Both the position numbers and the translations under genes were made by a program. Shown one piece after another: positions 25,312-37,700 of a stretch of DNA of 64,000 bases. The DNA is from Nageia nagi. Taxonomy: Eukaryota > Plantae > Pinophyta. The stretch covers positions 26,970,001 through 27,034,000 of the forward strand of contig JBITNC010000002.1 in the NCBI GenBank assembly GCA_050084985.1. Direction: 5' to 3'. Every line of letters starts with the position of its first letter. Within the stretch, counting starts at the first letter, position 1. The notes below the pieces were generated by a model. It worked only from the letters and a program-made list of their open reading frames with translations, was not told the origin of the DNA and did not search any database.

Positions 25312-27652
25312 TTACATGAAACAACCTCCTAAATCTATTGTAAAAATGCCAGAAAAAGGAATGGATGCATAACTAGGGTCTTAGAAACCCTCTTTAACAC
25401 TTGAGTATGCTATAGATGCATGCAAAAGTGAGACATGGGGCTATTGGAATCAAATTGCATGCCCTTAAACAAATCGATGTCGAGAAGCTCACGGATATGA
25501 GCTGCACCTCCCGATGCCTCCGCGCATCCTTCTTCCTCCTCCCTCACCAGCTCACCTGGATGTTTCAGGACCACCCATAACTACATGCCATGCAGGGGGA
25601 ATTTCCCTACACACAGAACTGTGCAAGGTGAGACCCAAGTTATCCCCTCTGGTAGCTGACGCACCCATCCACCATTCAGACCCCCGTGGCTACCCATAAT
25701 CACCTTCGCTCGTGGTCTGGCTCTCACCTCTACGCATCCTTCTCCCTCCACATCTCCTCTTTCCCTACACGATTTCACCTCTCTCTTTTGTCTGATGGCT
25801 TATCATCACTCTGCTCTACTGTTTCCAACCATGGCTCTCCCTGCTAGCTGCCAGAGAGTCCCCACGTTGGACAACTTGGGTTAGAGTTGGTCCATGCTGA
25901 CGTCTCAGGTAGGCTCTCTCGTGTATGGGATAAACTTTGCATGTTCTCCTCCGTGTTGTCTTTCTTCACTGCCCCCTCTCAGATTTTACTACCATACCAT
26001 CCTCCTCACGGTGGCAGTCTTCTCCTACGCATGGCCACCATCACCTCCCTTCTACTCACGTGGCCTTTCCAATTTTTTTCTTTTCAAACATAGTTATTGA
26101 GCATTAATTTTTTGTTGACTACTTTTCACCTTCCTTAAATGCACATGCAAGCAACGTATCCTCCTTCTTGGTAAGGGAAGGGTAGCCATCCTTTTTTACC
26201 TAAAGCATTTATTTTGTTTGACTTGGAGTAATTTTTTGTTTACTTGGAATGCTTTGGTAAAAGTAGCATTAAATATGCATGTAGTAGGGATATGGGTCTC
26301 CTCTTTCTCCATTTAATTCTTGGAGACTTGGAAAGTAGTGAATATTTTTGCTTATTTCTACAATAACGTCAAAAATACTATTTTTTAAGTTAAACTTTGC
26401 TTACCTTTTTAAAAAGATGCTTAGAATAATTTTTAAAATTGCATTTTTTAAGGTGCACATGCAATTTCTAGAATGTCAATCTCTTAGAATTTTTTTTCTA
26501 AGTATGGTAATTTACTTAGGTAAAACTTTTTTAGTAAAAAATTTTTGCTAAGGTAATCTAAGTATGCTATTTTTTTTAAGTAAACAAGGGAAATTTTTTA
26601 CTTAAAATGCATACTTAAAAGACAATTTTTAGCATACAAGTTTTTAGGGATAAAACTTTAAGTGAAAAGGGGGGAATTTGTATAATTTTACTTAAAACTT
26701 TATCTAGATCTTGCATGCTAAATTTGTAATGCATGCCTCTTAATCTTGTTTGAGGAATAAAGCATGCTTAGTACTTAAAATTTTAAGTTAAATAATACAT
26801 GATGCATGTTTATTACTTAATTTTTAAGTCATGGAATAATGCATGTTTAAGTTATGGATTAATGCTAAGTAGGACTTAACCTTTTTTAAATTCATTAAAA
26901 TGTTTGAATGAATTTATGAACTTGAGCAAAGTATGCAAAATGTAAAATATCCTTTAAGGGTTAGTACAAAACCCATTGGACTCTTAAGGTTTCAAGTTCT
27001 TATGGATGATGTATTTTTTACTTTACTTTATATTTTTGCACAATTACTTTATACTTGCAAAATGCAAAATATTGAAAGTAACCCCTAAAATGAACACATC
27101 CACATGTACTTTTCCACAACATGACTTGTTTGGGGAGCTACGAGATGAGGACAGGGTAGACTGGAGCCTTTTTAGTCCGAAGAACCAAGTGGTGGTAAAT
27201 CCATCTTAATTACCCCTAAGACCTCTATTGGATTGGACATAACTATATTAGGTGGATAGGCATGTGTGTAGTGATACCACATGTCCGCACGTCCATTCAG
27301 GGATTATCCTGATAACCTAGGAGGAAAACTGAAAACCTTAAATAAGATAATTAAAATGGCCGGTCCAAGATACATCGGATCCTTGGAAAATAGTTGGTAC
27401 TTCTCTTTGAGAGAGTATATTACTGACCAAGGTGAACTAGTTGAGTACTGGTAGTACCTGGGCTCCACCTTGCGGGCATCCAGGTGAAGGCCTAATTCTA
27501 TACAAGAAAATAACCTCAACTTTATCCTTCTACGGATCTTGGTTTATAAGTTTGCACATGTGGGACATGTTTACTTATCAATGTTTTATTTGTATAGATG
27601 GTAAATTGTAGAAATTTATTCATTCTTATTGCTTATTTACTTTTGTGTAGCA

Positions 27653-30600
27653 ATGGTTGAAACCTTCATACCCAAGCATATACTCAACGGTTCCAACTTT
27701 GGCATATGGGAACCTTGTATGAAAGATGAGTTATAAGAAAGGAAGCTATGGCAGATAGTTAATGAAGATTTGGTCACTCCTACAGATGAGAAGGCTCTTC
27801 AAATCTACAACTCAAAGAATGAGTTAGCAACTTCAATGATTTATCGTGCAGTTTCAGATGATGTACTTCTCATGATCTCTTCTTCAACATCAGTAAAGGA
27901 AGCTTGGGATAGGCTGAAGAAAATTTACCTTGGGTCAAAATTTTCAAGGAGGTTCACCATTTTACAAAAGTTGTTGCAATATCATCAAGGTGAAGATGAA
28001 AGTGCTTCTATTTACTTGAACAAAATCATTGACCTCAGGACACAACTGGTTGGTTGTAGGTGCAACTGGATCAATGATGAGTTCATGGTCTTTATCATTC
28101 TTCAAAGCCTTTCTACAAAGTTTAGTAACTTTGTCACGGTTATGGAAACTAGGCTCAATGATGAAGAAGATGTCATCTCTCTTAATAACCTTTCAAGACT
28201 CCTTCTAAAGCATGAGGAAACTTTGAATAAGAAAATATTGAACTTTTCTCCAAAGGACAATAGCATTGCTCTAGGAGCAACCAAAACTCCTTTCAAGAAG
28301 AAGTTCAAACATTATAAATTCAAAGATAACAAATCCTCATCTACCTTCAAGAAGTATGAGAAAAAGGGCAACAATAATGGCAACTTCATGCAAAGGAATG
28401 ACAAAGCTAGATCAAGTAATCCAACACCTCAGGAAAAGTTTGATGGAAATTGTAACTTTTGTGGCATCTTTGGGCATAAAGAGTATGATTGTCGTAAAAA
28501 ATAATTTGCTCAAAAAGGCAAGGGAAATGCAAATGTGAAAAATTTCTATAATAAAAATAAGAACAAGCATGCTACTACTGTTGCCTACTACTCAATGACT
28601 CAAACTATTTCAAATGATTAGATTGTTGATTCAGGATGCACTAATCACATGTGTTATGAAAAGGAAAAGTTTGAAAACTTTCATAAGTACAAGAAGGATG
28701 TAGTTGTGATAGGTGATAATTCAGTCCTTGATGTTCAAGGAATAGGGAGTGTGAAGATTCATGGAAGGTTCTTGATAATGTCTTTTATGTGCCTAAACTA
28801 AGGATGAATCTTATCTTTGTAATTCAAATTACAAGGAAAGGATACTCATTTGAGTTTACCTCACACTCCTAGTGTGTTAAGAAAGGACTTGCCACCTTCA
28901 TGAAAGGATCAGTAAAGGATGACCTTTATATTGTGGATCAAGTTCCTTCAAAGATGTGTCTTGCTGCAAATGTTTGTTCAAAAGGTAATATTTGGCATCA
29001 ACGATTAGGGCACCTTAACCACAATAGTATTCAAGATATGAAAAATCAAGAACTTGTGGAAGGTTTACCTAATATTTCACCCATAATTGGTCTCTGTGAA
29101 AGGTGCATTCTAGGAAAGATGAATAGGCAAAAGTTTGAAAAAGATAAGGTAACTCGGGCTACTCGTCCTCTTTAGCTTGTGCATTCAGATTTGATGGGTC
29201 CGTTTCAGACTAAGTCTCTAGGGGGAGCTTCTTATGTTCTAACCTTCATTGATGACTTTAGTAGGATGACATTTGGTAATCTACTTGAGCACAAGGATCA
29301 AACTTTTGACAGGTTTAAAGACTTTAAGGCACTTGTTGAAAATCAAACTGATTTTAAGGTCAAGATGCTGAGATCTGATAATGGGGGTGAGTATAATAGC
29401 AATGAGTTTAACGATTATTGTGTTAAACATGGGATCAAGCGGTAATTCACAATCCCTTACACCCCTCAGCAAAATGGAGTTACTGAAAGGAAGAATCGAA
29501 CCATTATGGAAATGGCAAGGTGCATGTTGGGTAACCTTCCTAGTTTCTTATGGGGTGAAGTTGTTCACACTGCTATTCACACCCTAAATAGGTGTCCTAC
29601 TAAAGCAGTTGAAGGTAAAACTCTGTATGAAGCATGGACAGGAAAGAAACCTAACATCTCACACTTTAGGGTCTTCGATTGTGATGCATTTGCCTTCATT
29701 ACCTCAGAGAAAAGAAAGAAGTTGGATAAAAGATCAGAAAAATGCATCTTTGTGGGGTATGGTAATCAGCATAGAGGTTACAGGCTCTACTCCTCATCCC
29801 ATAAAATAATATTTGTTTCTAGGGATGTCAAGTTCAATGAACTTCCTAAGGATACGACTTCTCATGCTGAGGTGTCTGATTCAGATGATTCTTTTCCTGC
29901 ACCTAACTGGTTGGATGATCATGTAAGGAAGTCACCACAAGAGCAAAATTCTCCAGCTCAGAGAATTACAAGAAGTATGACCTTGAATAAATCTTTATTT
30001 GCCAAAATTGATAATACGAATGAGCCATCAACCTTCAAAGAAGCTTCCAAGCAAGAGTGTTGGATGGAAACTATGAAAGTTGAGTATGAGGTGCTCATGA
30101 AAAATGAAACTTGGGATTTGGTTCCTTATCCCAATGAGAAAAATGTGATTGGAAATAAATGGATATACAAGGTCAAGTATAATTCTGATGGAGAAATTGA
30201 AAAATACAAAGCAAGTTTAGTGGCCAAAGGATTCGCTCAGAAATATGGTATTGATTATGAGGAAACCTTTGCTCCTGTGGCTAAGATGCCTACTATCAAG
30301 ATAATCCTTGCTCTTTTTGCAGCTCAAGGATGGAAAGTTTTCCAACTTGATGTCAAGAGTGCATTTCTCAATGGTGACTTAGATATAGAAATCTACATGA
30401 ATCAACCAGAATGATTTATTCCAGAAGGTAAAAAGTCTCTTGTGTGCAAGCTAAAGAAGTCTTTGTATGGACTTAAGCAAGCACCTAGAGCATGGTACAA
30501 GAAAATTTTAGGATTCTTTGCAGATATTGGTTTTTCCAAGTGCTTCTCTGACTCAGATCTTTATGTACTCAATCAAGGAAAAGACATGGTCTTAATTCTC

Positions 30601-31568
30601 CTTTATGTGGATGATCTTCTCATAACTGGCAATAATATTGTAATCATCCAAGAGTGCATATCCAAACTGAAAGTAACATTTGAAATGATTGATCTAGATC
30701 TATTGCATTACTATCTTGGGATGCAAGTATACCAACACAGATTGTACTTATCTTAGTTAATCTAAGTATATATCATACATCTTGCAAAAGTTTGGAATGG
30801 AGGAGTGTAGATATGCTGCAATACCTATTTCTCTTGGAATTATTGTATCTTTGACCTCAAATTCTTAGTTGGCTGATGCTACAACTTATAGGTAATTGAT
30901 TGGTAGTCTTCTATATCTAACTATCTCTTGACCTGATATTACCTTTGCAGTGAATCTGATGGCACGATTCATGCAAAAAACCATATGTTGAACACCTCAA
31001 TGTTGTTAAGCAAATCTTGAGGTATGTGGCAGGGATAAAGGATCTTGGTCTTAAGTATTCCAAAGTGCCCTCGATTATTCTCTTCGGGTTCTCAGATTCT
31101 GATTATAGGGGAGATAGCAATGACAAAAAATCAACCTTTGCATATGTGTTCAGCATTGGTTCAGGTGCTATCTCTTGGGCTTATAAGAAGCAACCTACTG
31201 TGACTCTTTCTACCATTGAAGTCGAATATCGAGCCATGTCTATTACTGCCCAAGAAACTATTTGGCTGAGGCATCTTCTAAATGAAATTGGGTATAAGCA
31301 AAATATCCCATCTCTTATTTCTTCAGACAATCAATCGGCTATCTCTTTGGCTAAGAATCATGTGTTCCATCAGAGAACCAAACATGTGGAAATCCAAGCC
31401 CATTTTATCAGGGAGAAGGTTCTAGATGACATCATACACTTGGAGTATTGTCCATCTACTAAAAAATTTGCTGATTTATTCACCAAGCCCCTTCCTGAAG
31501 CTCAGTTCAGCAAGCTTAGGGATTCTCTCAGGTTGGTGAAGTTGCCCTCAAGGGGGAGTGAAGTTTGA
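27653..31568 (+). pseudogene. Copia gag-pol polyprotein (disrupted)
   Basis: gag LNGSNFGIW and zinc knuckle CNFCGIFGHKEYDC; protease IVDSGCTNHM; GAG-pre-integrase WHQRLGHLN; integrase HSDLMGP/RSDNGGEY; RT QLDVKSAFLNG, YGLKQAPRAWY, LYVDDLL; RNase H SDSDY, TKHVEI, ADLFTKPL. About 10 stops plus frameshifts. Confidence 0.95.
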
Positions 31569-31642
31569 ACTTTTGTTAGTGATGACAACTTCACCTCTAA
31601 GAGGCTCTTTTGTTGTTGTTATATAGTGTGTGTTGATTATAA

Positions 31643-32152
31643 TATACCTCTGTGGTAAGTTTGCTCTGCGTGACAAACTTGTTGTACATTTTATACCTCC
31701 ATGGTAAGTTTGCTCTACGTGACAAACTTGTTGTACATTCTATACCTCCGTGGTAAGTTTGCTCTGCGTGACAAACTTGTTGTACATTTTATACCTCCAT
31801 GGTAAGTTTGCTTTGCGTGACAAACTTGTTGTATATTTTATACCTCTGTGGTAAGTTTGCTCTACGTGATAAACTTGTTGTACATTTTTATACCTCCGTG
31901 GTAAGTTTGCTCTACGTGATAAACTTGTTGTACATTTTTATACCTCCGTGGTAAGTTTGCTCTGCGTGACAAACTTGTTGTACATTTTATACCTCCATGG
32001 TAAGTTTGCTCTACATGAGAAACTTGTTGTACAATTTTTTAAGCATATAATTAATATACCTCCGTGGTAAGTTCACTCTGCGTGAGGAACTTGTTGTATA
32101 TTTTATATCTCTGTGGTAAGTTTGCTCTGCGTGAGAAACTTATTGTACAATT
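31643..32152. repeat. 49-bp tandem array (10 copies) in the 3' UTR of copia A
   Basis: Unit TATACCTCCGTGGTAAGTTTGCTCTGCGTGACAAACTTGTTGTACATTT; spacing 49-50 bp (one 67-bp interval). Confidence 0.95.
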
Positions 32153-32631
32153 TTTATGCTCTATTAATAATCAACACATGTCTATATACAACAGGTGACT
32201 ATGAGTGATGGCTTGGCATCTCCGTGATGACTTATAGTGCACCATTGATCAGTTATTTATAAGATGGCATTATTTGATTCTCTTATTTGAATATATGATG
32301 CATCTAACTGATTTTGTTCATGAGTTGCTTGTAGCATGCAAGATCTTCTTCAGAAATGCAGGTTACTCACCTTGTGTAAGCAAGCTCATGGAGACTCACA
32401 TGTCAACTTAAAGTTGATCGAATACTATGTATAGTGAAACCAGTTGTGGTTAATGATTGTATTGTACCATTTTGTCAAATGGTAATGTAGTGAGTCTCAA
32501 ACTAGTTCTCAAAAAGATTCTCAAATATGTAAATGTTCCCATCTCCACTTGTATCTCTATGAAGGAGAACTCTCTCTTACTCTCTCTCTTCTCTCTTCTA
32601 CGCTCTATCCCAATATTGCATTAAGGGGGAG

Positions 32632-33121
32632 TGTTAAAATTTGTAATGAAATATTGTGAATATCTAAACTCCTTGTAAATTCAATTAATCACTTAAAGGA
32701 TATGTAGATACCTTAAGGGATTAATTGAATTATTTATTATGTGTGGACTTTGACCTTACCATGGGGTTAGTTGGTAGGTTAAAGTTAGGTCATACATTTA
32801 TTGTAACCCTAACCTTACCCTTGGGTTAAAGGGAGGTTAGGGAGGTGCTCTCATGCTATAAATAGAGAGCCTCTCCTCTTGTAAAATAACTAAGATTTGG
32901 AGTAAGATTACTCTACTATTTTGTGTAGGAGAGAAAGAGCATTGTAGTAAGAGGTGCATAGATTGAGAATTGAGAACTAGTTGTGGATGTACTCCCAAGG
33001 AGGGAGGAACCACATTATATTTGTGTTATCTTGTGTGAATAGTGTTATTAGCTTGTAGATGATGAATGATTGAGTTTCCTAGTCTTGGACCTTGAGGATT
33101 AGTCTAGATCTAATTCCTTCA
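32632..33121 (+). repeat. 3' LTR of copia A
   Basis: Follows the PPT at 32623-32631 and ends CA before TSD TGGAT. Confidence 0.95.
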
Positions 33122-33588
33122 TGGATTCCATATGGAGTAAAGGTTATGAAAAATCTTACCAAAGGATTTTTTCGTTTTCTACTTTTTTGATCTCATGCAT
33201 GCACAAAATATTCTTATTAAAGGTCCTTATATGGTTTGTAATTTTCTTCTGGTCTTGCACCCTTATAATGTAGGATTCAACAAAGAGGATGAAGGTGTTG
33301 TCAATGTCCTCATATGGGTTGAGTTGCTAGGTATTCTAATTCCCCCATAGAAATTTTTGCACATATTAGTTGAATGTATTAGGAAATTTGTTTATTTTGA
33401 ACCCAAATATTTTTTCTCAATTTGGTCCACTCGAAGAGTCTATGTCAAAGTTGATTTAAATTTCAAAGTTCATAGACTTAAATATTGGAGCAAAGGCTCT
33501 ACATCAAAGGGTGAAGGTTATTGGCCTCCATCTCTTGAATACTTGCTATCATTTCTAGTCCCCCTACCATAAGATTCATGACTACTAG

Positions 33589-34082
33589 TGTTGGAATGTA
33601 TAATGCATTATTATAAAGGTTTGTATTAAATATTATATGTAAGTTCACTAATACTTAAGGGTATCATTTGTTACCTTAAGTATTTAAGTGAATATGATAA
33701 TGTAACTTATCCTACACTCCATGTCATGAGTATGCCCCATGGGTAAAAGGATGTGCATGTCATGCTTTTGTACATTGGATAAAAGGGTGATCCAAAGAGG
33801 GATTTTGGCCTATAAATAAAAGGCTCCCTCTTTGTAATCACACACCAATTGTGGAGTAAAGTTATGCTATAGAATAGAAGTTTAGGAGTTGAGATTAAGA
33901 GAATTGTAAGAGAGTTGTATTTGTGATTGAAGAAAAGATCTAGTTAGTGGATGTACTCCTAGTTAGAGGAACCACTTACATATTATGTTGTCAGATTGAT
34001 TTGTGAGTTTGTTAGATGTTATTATGAGCTTTCATGTGATCTTGGTTGATTAGGAATTATCTTGTTATTGTTAGTTCCTTCA
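33589..34082 (+). mobile_element. Solo LTR related to the copia A/B LTRs
   Basis: TG..CA termini with TSD ACTAG on both sides. Shares GTGGATGTACTCC..GAGGAACCAC and the CTTAAGG..CCTTAAG palindrome with LTR A. Confidence 0.92.
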
Positions 34083-34233
34083 ACTAGCTCATAGTAGGTA
34101 GGTTTAAAGATAAACCCTTAATACCTTCCCCTTCATCTTTCACTTCAATATCTTCTAATAGGAGTGGAGAGGAAGAGTGGAACACCATTAACAACCATTT
34201 TAATCATTGTTATGTGTAATAAAAAATAATTAT

Positions 34234-34787
34234 TGTTAATTAGAAACCCAATCCTATGATTATTTCAAGCATGCAACCCTCTCGTACTTGATAGAATTCT
34301 AATATAACAAAAATAATCCTAAACTACCAATATCACATGTAAGCTCACAAATCACATATAATTAACTCACAAAGCAATCTCACAAAGATAAATGAATATG
34401 TAAGTGGTTCCTCCAACAAGGAGTACATCCACTAACTAGATCTCACTTCATTCATAATATGAACTATTACAATCTTTCTAACCTCAACTCTTAAACATTA
34501 TGCACTAGCATAACTTTGCTCCACAAATTGGTGTGTAATCTCAAAGAGGGAGCCTTCTATTTATAGGCCAAAATCTCTCTTTGGATCACCCTTTTATCCA
34601 ATGTACAAAAACATAACATGTGCATCCTTTAACCCAAGGGGCATGCTCATGACATAGAGTGTAGGACAAGTTACATTATCATATTCACTTAAATACTTAA
34701 GGTATCAAATGATACCCTTAAGTATTAGTGAAATTACATAAAATATTATTACAAAACCTTTACAATAATGCATTATACATTCCAACA
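34234..34787 (-). mobile_element. Solo LTR, inverted relative of 33589-34082
   Basis: Reverse complement starts TGTTGGAATGTATAATGCATTATT, like the neighbouring LTR (~90% identity by eye). TSD is imperfect (ATTAT/ATATT), so the left end is uncertain. Confidence 0.85.
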
Positions 34788-37700
34788 ATATTGACCTTGT
34801 TATTCATCCATATTTGATCATCAACCATGCTCTAATGGTTTCTCTTTTGTGGTGATGCCTCCTCCTGTTCTCGATGTGCAGGATAGTTTAGGAAGCAAAC
34901 TCTATCACTCTTGTAGTACATAAAGAGGCATCAAAAATGGGCCTATGAAAAAATGAACCCAAGTGGGTTCTCCTTTTGGTCCTACACAAGGTTATAGTAA
35001 TTAATTTATCTCCTTATAGGTTTTAAGGGATTCAAAGGATGTTATGGATATTTAAACCCATGATGGTTCTCAATGATTTTTTTCTTGTGTAATGTTAGGG
35101 GTTGATGAATCCAACCTACAAGCATATGGTTTGGAGTGAGCTTGATGATATCACTCACTTATATAGAATGTTGGATTTTATCTATTTACAACAAATTAAA
35201 GTTATTGAGTTCATTTTGCAGTGCATATTACATTTCTCTGGTCGAGGGGTCCCTTTTTTTATACCAATCACTCTTTTGGGAAGGAGGTGTTTTCACTTTC
35301 ATTTCTCTAAGGTGAAAATCTAATATTATGGATTAGGATTTTCAACCTTCCAACCAAGCTTTCTAGGTGTTGCTTGAGGTTTTTGAGAAGCCTTTTGGAA
35401 TTGTTAATGTGTATACTTCCAATGATGCTCATGATATAAGAGACTTATGGTGGTGGCTTGTTTTTTTCTCTCCCATTCACCTCCTAGGTTTTATGTGGAG
35501 ATTTTAAAATGGTTGAAAAATTATTTGATAAGAAAAGTCAAACTCCCATGCGATGGAATTTAGGTGAAAGAGACATTTAGTTTTTTGTGAAAAATAAGCT
35601 CACCCTCTTTGACCCAATGCTAGTTTTTATCCAAATGATTTTTTGAAAGCCCAATGGTTTACTTGGTATAATTTTCAATCTAACGTAGATCGAGTTATTA
35701 AGCAGTTGGAAAGGGTAATGCTTTCTAAAAATGATATCTTTTATTTTGATATACTCTCCCATGCTTTACCTTTTATTTTGGTTTTCCCTGATACCACTCT
35801 ATTTGACCATGCTCCTATTCTTTTTGTCGTTTCTCATGACTAAGACCCTATTTATGTCTTTTAGTCTTAATTTTATTTTAATACCTCCTTTCTTCAACAT
35901 CCTTATATGAGAGCTCATATTTTTCAATTTTAGAATTTGGTTCCCAAACAAATTAGTTCTATTGGATGGATCCAATGGTGGAACAATTCCAATTGGTTCT
36001 ATGAAGGTGTAAAGTTAATTAGGTAGTCAAAGAAATTTTTATTTGCGCCACTAGGATCCTAGAGTTTAATCCCTTTAATGCTGATGCTCAGGTGTACGTT
36101 GCTACTCTCTACCATTAATTCAGGAAAAGTTAATCTTTATGAGGCTAATGGAGCTCAACTTCACATTCATCTCAATTGGCTCAATGTTGGGCATAGAGTT
36201 TCAAAATAATTCTTTAAATGTATTCTACCTTTGATCCATGCTACTTAATTCCAATTCATTCAATCAGAAGGAGTTTATCTCACTTCCCTACCTGATATCA
36301 TTTCAGTCTTTATGGCTCATTACCAAAAATCCTTTACCTCCTAGCCTCTTACACCTATTCCTCAGCAAGCCCTACAAGATTATTATACTTTCATACCTCT
36401 TAAGATCTACCAAGCTTATAGGGATACCTTTGATACTCCTCTCTCTTAAAGGATTTGAAGTATGCTCTTTCTCAGATGACTAATGATAAAGCACCTAACA
36501 TTGATGGTTTTACCTACGAGTTCTATGAAGAATTTTTTGATATGGTTAAACATGATCTTCTTCAGGTGTATAGAGAAGTAATAGTATTTGGCTCTCTAGG
36601 ACCAATGATAAATAAAAGAACTATCAACTTCATACCTAAGCCTATAGATCATAAAATTATTATCAATTGGCATCCTATTACCCTGTTGAATGTTAGTTAC
36701 AAAATCATTACTAAAGATTTAGCCTTCAAGTAAGACCCATTCTTCCATTGATTATTCGATCAAAGTAAACAAGGTTTGTTAAAGGCAAGTATATTTTAGA
36801 TAATGTTATAGTTATTTTAGAAGGTATGAAATGATCTTGCTCTTTTTATCAAGATGTTATCTTTATTAAGATTGATTTTGAACATGCCTATGATAGGATT
36901 TAATGGTATTTTGTTCTTGCTATGCTTAAGGCTCTTGGTTTTGGCTTCTATTTTATTAATCCTATAATGATGTTATTCAAATATGCCTTTGTTGTTCTTA
37001 CCATGAATGGATCCCTATTTGATGATATTTATTTAGCATGCTATGTTCAACAAGGTTTCCCTTTAGCTTCTTGTTTATTTATCCTTGTTGCAGAAGCTAT
37101 TAGTTACCTCCTTACCAATCAAGCCTCTCAAGGTCTTATTAAAGAAATTTTCCTTCCTAAATATCATATGCAGCTTTTGAATGGTCACTTTGATGATGAT
37201 TCATTTCTCACACTCTAGGAAGATGAACAATCTATGGCCAATTCCCTAAAATTCCTTAATACCTTTTATCTTGCCTCTGGATCTAGTATTAAGTGGAAAA
37301 AACCTCTTATTATAGGTAATTCATATGAATTCTCTTTGAATGGATTTCTCAATATCCTTGGAAATGGATTCAAAATAGGAATATTTTTTGAATTTCTAGG
37401 GATCCCTTTTTCTTTTCATGCTTCCCTTGCTTAGCTCTAGAATTTCATAGTTCAAAAGGTTCATAAAAAGTTGAGTTATTGGTCTACCGATAAATTATTT
37501 TAGCTAGAAAGTTTCAACTTTGTTATAAAGTCCTTGCTTCTACTCATGTATATTATTCTTCATGCTGGGTTGTTTTGAAATCTTGTTACCAAATGTTGGA
37601 TAAACTTTTAAGAGATTTTATATGGGCCTATGATGTTCAACAAAGAGATTTTCATCAAGTAGCTTTGGACACTTATTTTCTCCCTTAAGCAGCTAGAGGA

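Larger units (their letters stand above)
23944..33121 (+). mobile_element. Full-length Ty1/copia retrotransposon 'A' (9.18 kb)
   Basis: 490-bp LTRs with TG..CA ends, TSD TGGAT on both sides, PBS TGGTATCAGAGC, PPT AAGGGGGAG, domain order gag-PR-INT-RT-RH. Confidence 0.97.

Noticed and set aside
25858-25874. Exact 17-bp match GTCCCCACGTTGGACAA to TBL exon 1 (20196-20212)
   Set aside because: The match does not extend on either side, and one such match in a 64-kb self-comparison is plausible by chance.
25915-25945. YGINFA resembling a GDSL-lipase motif in the copia A cargo region
   Set aside because: Six residues with no flanking similarity; too short to call.
27591-27652. Possible ATG micro-exon (AG|ATG|GTAAAT) upstream of gag
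   Set aside because: The implied intron is only 50 nt and the spliced ATG would be out of frame with gag.
31643-32152. CRISPR-like array of palindromic repeats
   Set aside because: Units are head-to-tail with no unique spacers, there are no cas genes, and the array lies inside a plant retrotransposon.
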